DNA of 64,000 nucleotides. Source: Octopus vulgaris (taxonomy: Eukaryota). This document shows positions 57,292-64,000 of this stretch, piece after piece. Each line of letters opens with the position of its first letter. Within the stretch, counting starts at the first letter, position 1. The stretch covers positions 10,540,001 to 10,604,000 of the forward strand of contig OX597828.1 of the NCBI GenBank assembly GCA_951406725.2, in the 5' to 3' direction. Made by a program: the position numbers and the translations under genes. The notes beneath the pieces were generated by a model. It ran no database searches. It saw only the letters and a list, made by a program, of their open reading frames with translations, and was not told where the DNA came from.

Positions 57292-57795
57292 CATAGCTAT
57301 GTAAAGAAGTGCCGATCTCTGTGCAGGGAATCTTCGGTAGACCCAGGAAGGCCAAGAGGTCTCGGAGTGACCAATACCTTTGCCAATACCCGTCAAGCCA
57401 AGTGAAATCGATCGTATTCGTAGCTGATGCTGGTGTCACGTAACTGGCATCGGTGACGGTGGCACGTAAAGTAAATCTTTCGAGCGTTGGGTCTCACAGA
57501 AGCAAAGTGGCGGAGTGCCTTTCGAGTGTTGGGACTCACGAGGGCAATGAGCGAGAACTTTGGCATTATGTCATGCTTGAGAAGACTCATCAAGCCGAGC
57601 AAAAGCGCAGTTGTTACAGATACAAGTGTCACGCAAATTGCACCCGTGCGAGCGGTACGTAGAGATACCCGTTATACTCTTGGAGTGGTCGGCGTTAGGA
57701 AGGACATTCAGCTGTAGTTTTCCATAGTTAAAACCGTGCATCCCACGCCACCATGAACAGCGGATGTTAAATGAGGAAGTTGATGATGCTGACGA

Positions 57796-57800
<5 letters not shown>
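57292..57800 (+). mobile_element. RTE-clade LINE 3' end (ORF tail plus internally repeated 3' UTR)
   Basis: SYVKKCRSL..GRPRK remnant, GGCGTTAGGAAGG.CAT.CAGCTGTAG motif, (GAT)n-like tail. Confidence 0.65.
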
Positions 57801-57844
<44 letters not shown>

Positions 57845-57888
57845 GTCGTCAGCGTCATCATCTTCCTCATTTAACCTCCGCTTTTCAT

Positions 57889-57949
<61 letters not shown>

Positions 57950-57959
57950 GGGTGTGGCT

Positions 57960-58011
<52 letters not shown>

Positions 58012-58019
58012 TGAATATA

Positions 58020-58890
58020 TTGTCGTCTAAATTACGTAAAAATGAAAATAACACTGACATCTCATTTTAACAGATGTATTTATCAAAATGACATAAAGAT
58101 ATCTCGAAATACTACAGAGAAATTTTATTCAATAAAATCGCAATCAGCTTCTACCACGACCTCCAGAAGACTTCGGAATCTTCTGCAACTCTTCTGGACG
58201 GTCTTTCTGTTTATGTCGGTGAATGTTGCTGTAATCCTTGCCTTCAGTTCATGTTTGGTTTTACAAGGAGTTTTGTTGGTCTCTCGCTCAAATGTGCCCC
58301 ACACATAATAATGAGGGGTGTTGCAGTCTGTGGAGTTTGGTAGCCAAATGTTCGTGGTGATGTGGTCGAAGAAATGGTCTGACGGCCATGACTGGGTTCT
58401 CCTGCTTTTGTGGCATGGTGCTGAGTCGTTTTTCCAGACATAGTATCTTCCAGCAGTCACCCTCTTGACCCGGCCCAGCACTATCACCTCCCGGCACTTG
58501 ATGTAGACCACCATATTGAGTCTGAGGCCGTGCGGGGAGATGAATAGAGGCATAACGTCTCTGTCACTAGTGATCATTCCAAACAGCATGACGTTATCTG
58601 GAAGTTTGATTTTTATCCCTCTCGGTACATGTCCTCATATTGAACTGTTCTCAGATTGACACCCAAACACACTGATACTCGTATTGGAGCTCCCGGTGCC
58701 AATGTCAAGAAGTACAGCATGTTTTTTTCTAAATTTCTGCCACAGTGAATCGCATCATGGTGCTGTTTTCTCACAGATAGTGCTCAACTAACCCCACTAT
58801 ATTGTGTAGTCGAGAAGTTCAAAACCAAACAGTGCGCATGCACGAAATTAAAGATATAAAATGGTACCAATTTACTCATTTCACCCCCTC
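58020..58890 (-). mobile_element. maT (DD37D)-like Tc1/mariner element, internally deleted
   Basis: ORF 58125-58589: VWKNDSAPCH..WLPNSTDCNTPHYYVWG..CRRFRSLLEVVVEA. Confidence 0.85.
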
Positions 58891-58898
58891 TCTCTCTG

Positions 58899-58961
<63 letters not shown>

Positions 58962-59249
58962 GCCACAAGCTTCTTTCTGTTCCCGTCTACCGAATCCACT
59001 CACAAAAATCTGGCTTCCCCAAGGCTATAGTGGTTATAGTTGAAAACACTTGCCCAAGGGGATATGCAGTGGGACGGAACCCGAACTACATTTTTGGAAA
59101 GCAAGCGTCTTACCACGCAGCCATGTCTGTGCGTTTATGGTAAATCTTTCACTCAAAATTGATATACATATATATATATGAATTTTCTGCGATGGAGTTT
59201 TGCACAAATCCCGTATCGGGTACATGGCTGCTTGATTTCAGAAAGAGAT

Positions 59250-60460
59250 AGTTAAACGTGTTCGAGCGATATTTGTAATTTTATTGTTCGTTTATATTTT
59301 AAATTGTTGCTTACATAGGTTTGGCCTATGATACTTTACCAAGTGAAGTAAAGTAGTGCATCTATCCAGGAAATGTGAAAGGTGATTTTCAATATATGAA
59401 TTGTTAGTCTTGATTTAATATCGATCTCTCATATGCATATCTACACAATACCTTTGATATCGTTACTGATACAGTTGATGAAGTGAGAATGGCTTTCTTA
59501 CCAGTATACAACCAAAAGAATTCGATTAATGGATCCAGGAATCTACCAGCCGCTTCAACGGGTAGATCATGAAACGCAAAATCATGGTGGAAACTTTTAG
59601 TGTTTTATTGCTATGCTTTGTTCTCTGATATCGCCTCTTTGTACACTCTTCTCAAGTTTACATGTGAAGTTTTACACAGGCGAAAAGGTGAAACAGTCAA
59701 ACTAAGCGACTCTTCAAATATGCTCATTGCACAGTTTCAATGTATATTTTTTCTGTGTTATTCCAATATCAATACTTCAAAGCGATGCACAAATGTAGCA
59801 ACTGTATCTGCTTAGATACGAAGCACAGGATAAGAAATTAGAATGAATTTCATTACAGAAAGCGGTAGAAGAATTAGGTGACCACTCGCCACCATGAGAG
59901 CTACGGTAAACATCATTCTTAAAATATTTCTTACTTTTTGCACATCGCAACAAGAAATAAATTGAAAATACCCGAATTTGGCAGATTTCCTACTTGAATC
60001 GTAGAAGCATAAAATAAATCAATCAGAAAACTTGGGCTTCATGCACATTCGCACAAGGAAATAATAGAGACTGGCTTCATTACAGGATACTTTTTATGCA
60101 ACCTATAGATTGCTAACTGAAATGAGCCCTGACATTTTTAGAAAGAGACGAGATTTGAAAAAAAAAAAGAATAGGGCAAAGGCAATTGTGGAATCCATTG
60201 CAGAGAATGACGAGATAAATACGGTTTGTGTTGATTTTCAGTTAAGTTAGTTCACACCAGTTAGAAAGATTGCTGTGATTACAATCGGAGTGAACGACTC
60301 ATAACACAATGATTTTAAAAAGTCATATATTATGGTATTCTCTGCAAACCTTTTAATTTACTCGATATTTTGTCCATAATGTATGCTAAATTATTATCGT
60401 CATAATTCTTGTTCATATTTATTTCTATCACTATCCATTTCTTTTTTTTACCCATTTTAA
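59250..60460 (+). pseudogene. Possible decayed Cys-loop receptor gene
   Basis: YLHNTFDI..VRM, VLHRRKGETVKLS (~LPxxSGEKVxLS), W....NLLDILSIM plus a hydrophobic tail (M4-like). Motif spacing is irregular. Confidence 0.3.
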
Positions 60461-60819
60461 TAAGTATTAAATTCTGTGTGTGCAGAGACATAAAAATACC
60501 AGTAATATAAGTAAATGATATAGATTATGAATTTTCCTCTTAAGTCCGAACAAACTCTCCACATTCTGATATTTTGTTTTCTATCATTATTATATTGGAA
60601 TCTAAACCCGTGATCTGACATAATAGTTAGCACGCTTGAAAAAATGATTAAGCGGTATTCCGTCCGTCTTTATGTTCCGAGTTCAAATTCCACTGGAGTT
60701 GACTTTGTATTTCATCCTTTCCGGGTCGATAAAATAAGCACCAACTGAGCAATGCGGTCGAAGAAATACAATTAGCCCCTCCCTCGAAATCTATGACCTT
60801 GTTGCTTTTTTGGAGCACG

Positions 60820-61290
60820 CTGGTCGTGTTAATTAGGCACTCCCAACCAAAGCCCCTCGTCATATATTGTTACCGTTGCTGTGACATTATACCAAGATAC
60901 ATGTTAAAGACTATCTCAAGCTCTTCCTATCCAAACCATCGGTCCTCTAGTTCTCCAAAGTAGAACCTATAATTCTGGAAGCGCTAGTTTGCAAGTGTTT
61001 AAGAGGAACACTAACAATCTCAGTTTATGGTGTAGGCTGTGCATCTTTCTCCAGACCAAGCCAGAAACATTTCTTAACATCATAACCAACCCAAAGTAGA
61101 TGCGTACTAATCAAAAATGAGTCGGCTATTAATACGTGTGAGGATGCAGTTAAGATTCAGCTTAATTCTTTCTTCAGTTTCTCACCGTGTATATATTTTC
61201 ATGTAACAAAAAAGTACCTGATTGAAGCAAATCTTCAGTGCAGTAAAGAATGTCACCTAAATGTATTTCGTACATATTCTCTAATTTCCG
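60820..61290 (-). pseudogene. Decayed Cys-loop receptor fragment (N-terminal domain)
   Basis: IKLNLNCILTRI, ASTLGWL*C*EMFLAW (~TxxGWLxxxWxDxFLxW), IVSVPLKHL. Confidence 0.4.
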
Positions 61291-61298
61291 TATCCCGT

Positions 61299-61359
<61 letters not shown>

Positions 61360-61364
<5 letters not shown>

Positions 61365-61562
61365 GGAAGATATTTTTATGAGATCGTGTGTTGAAACAGA
61401 TATTGTTGTATTTCGGAATGGTCATTTTGCCAGTTTAGCCGAAATAAGATTAAGTTTAATGTAAAAAATAAATAACACTGAAGCAAAATAACACCAAATA
61501 TATACTGCGTGTGTTTTTATTGGCTAAACTGGCAAAATGACCATTCCGAAATACAACAATAT
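61360..61562. repeat. (TA)n-embedded element with perfect 41-bp inverted repeat
   Basis: 61400-61440 is the reverse complement of 61522-61562. Confidence 0.92.
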
Positions 61563-61575
61563 ATATATATGAGTG

Positions 61576-61612
<37 letters not shown>

Positions 61613-61662
61613 GTATATTTATATATATATATGAGTGATAATACACACACACACACACATCT

Positions 61663-61695
<33 letters not shown>

Positions 61696-62099
61696 CATAT
61701 ATATATATGAAGGCACCGTCAAACAAAACAAACATATACTCAACACGTACTGCATGCGCTCACGCGTATATATATGCGTAGGCACGTAAACATATAAATA
61801 TATACAGGCATGTTTGCATACATACATACGTGCGTGCTCTACTTAGGCATGTACTTCGGCACACAGCAACCAGCTCGCTGTGAAATGAAAAGCATATTCA
61901 TCAGTTGTAGTACGGCACGCCTCCACTGTTTCTCTTTCTGAGGTATTAATCGTAGCATAGAAACTTGCCTCTAAATAAACTGAGCCATTCAACATTTAAC
62001 TCTTTTGTGCAGATATTCCTTACAACGAACGCTGTATAATTGAGCTGTGAGCAATTCGATCAGCAGTCTCACAAACTTCAGAAGCAACACCTCTATTAC

Positions 62100-63450
62100 G
62101 TAATTCATTATTATGCAACCTATAATCTAAGGAAAATGAGCATAATGGACATTTTTAAAATACAAAATGCACAGAAGGATGTTATTTTTGATAACGGTAA
62201 TCCTGTTGAAAGAATCTATTCGCCAATCCAGCGAACAATGATATAACTTTTTCATTGTTTCGGAATCTGGTTTCGCGCAGTCTTTGTTTATTTCTCTTAT
62301 ATGAAGTAGCTGATAGGAATTAAAGCACAAAAAGTCTTTTATTCCAGACATATTTTGTTTTTTATTCTTTAAGCTGTGGTGTTACGAAAGCATTCATTAG
62401 GGACCATTACGTTAGTGATCCAGTAATAAAAATTTACTGAAAATGATTTTTACTTGTCTCGCTTACAATACATTCCTACTTTGATAAGAACAGCGAAGTA
62501 GCAATAGACAACACTAATAATGCTGATATGCTAGTTTCAATGGCTTCCAAATGAATTGAAACGGAACACTGATCTTCGTTTAGTGGAAATATGATAACAA
62601 GCAAAGCTACATAGAGCATTTGGACAGATAGGAAAATATTAGATGAATCAGTGATGGAGAGAAGAATGAAAGCGAACTAAACAGTCATCACAGAATAAGA
62701 TATATACTAGCGCTAAGTGAAGTTCGATAAAAATGGACATCGCAATCATTCAGACGTAAAGTGAGAATAGGGGAATGTAATCTGGCTTACTTGCCGTACG
62801 GAGAAGTAAACAGTAGGGCAGATGTCGTCATTAGCTCGGTGTTAGTTCTAGCATGTGCAATGAACGGCAAATAATACGGCACAGGAAACAGCAACTCGAA
62901 TGATGTTTGGTCTTGTGAACTTCCCACTATCCACCGTCCACTTAAATTGGCGTACGGTATCCATTTTTAGGCGAAGTTCGCTATCAGCGATAACTTCGAA
63001 TCTATTATTTAGAATAATTCCTTCCTCGTGGGTTCTCATAATTTTCAACTGATAGATCCGTCAGTCTAATTTAGTTCTTTTGGATCATTCGGCAACTTTT
63101 ATTATAATCATTTGCCTACAGTTCAGTAGGTTTCTCTTAAATTAGATGAGAATGAGAAGAAAAAAAAATGCTTCACTCCGGCAGGCAGATTTTCTCGCCC
63201 AAGCGCAGCTGGTTTATAGTCTTGGCTAATCTCAAAAGCCAAACAACAGCATCGCCATTTACATTTGTAAGAGATCAAGTGAATATTGAGAAAAAGCTTT
63301 CGGATGTTTGCTAAATGGCAAACAAATGGAATATATCTGATGGAATTAGCATTGACTATAATGTTCCACGCCATGGATACAGAAGAGAAAAACTATTTTC
63401 ATCGTTATTCTATTTAAAACGTTTCGAGAGTTTCTATGGATTCTCTAGTT
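62100..63450 (-). pseudogene. Decayed Cys-loop/nAChR-like receptor gene, near full span
   Basis: In order: LFLNIHLISY, RLTDLSVEN, VIADSELRL..FKWTVDSGKF (ORF 62848-63048; ~VxSDGEVxW..CxVDxxKFP), ILTLRL..FYRTSL..LFSSLSFFSPS (pre-M1/M1), LLSY..ISVP, LDWR..ILLCILYF. Confidence 0.6.
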
Positions 63451-63811
63451 TCGGATTTCTCCGTGACGTGCATTCGCTTTCTTTAAGCGTTACTCCTACG
63501 TTCACCACTGAAAACAACAACAATATATGCTACTACTGCTGCTTCTACTTCAACTACAGCACCTTATAATTCTACTGCTATTGTTGCTGATGTTACTACT
63601 GCTACTGCTGTTGTTGCTACTGCTAATACTACCACCACCACCACCACCACCACCACTTTCAAACCCCGAAATATTGAATACAACGTAAGTCTACATGAAT
63701 TCGCATATTTGTTTTCTTGTGATTTACCTTGCATATATTTCTCATTGTTTTGGCCTGTCCCACAATCTTTCATACAATATATTCTACACAATGCTTCACA
63801 GTAATTATTCC

Positions 63812-63862
<51 letters not shown>

Positions 63863-63889
63863 CTACTATAGATACAAGAAATTAATCCT

Positions 63890-64000
63890 TTCTCATATGT
63901 ACTTCTAAAATTTGGGTAGGGGCATAAGTCAATTACGTCAACCCCAGTGCATATCTTTTCGGGCTCAATGAAATAAGTACCGACGGAATTTGAACTCAAC
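63890..64000 (-). mobile_element. SINE family 3 fragment, runs off the window edge
   Basis: ACCCCAGTGC..CGGAATTTGAACTCA. Confidence 0.6.

Overview
AT-rich, microsatellite-saturated eukaryotic DNA with no intact protein-coding gene. Most ORFs in the supplied track are (TA)n/(CA)n artefacts. The repeat complement strongly resembles an octopus genome (inference): tRNA-derived SINE families like the octopus OK/OR1/OR2 SINEs, a Meta-domain-like SINE, CR1 and RTE LINE ends, Naiad-type Penelope-like elements (PLEs) and four Tc1/mariner lineages. Three things stand out. (1) When translated by eye across stops and frameshifts, most of the 'unique' DNA between repeats looks like heavily decayed, apparently intronless Cys-loop (nicotinic-receptor-like, possibly chemotactile-receptor-related) genes. 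There are about 19 relics on both strands, i.e. a dense receptor-pseudogene graveyard. (2) Small elements embedded in (TA)n tracts carry minimal type I hammerhead ribozymes: two with a complete core (25364-25406 minus, 10413-10500 plus) and several degenerate ones. (3) Fold-back inverted duplications recur at or around microsatellites. All protein-family calls are manual motif matches; no database or HMM search was run.
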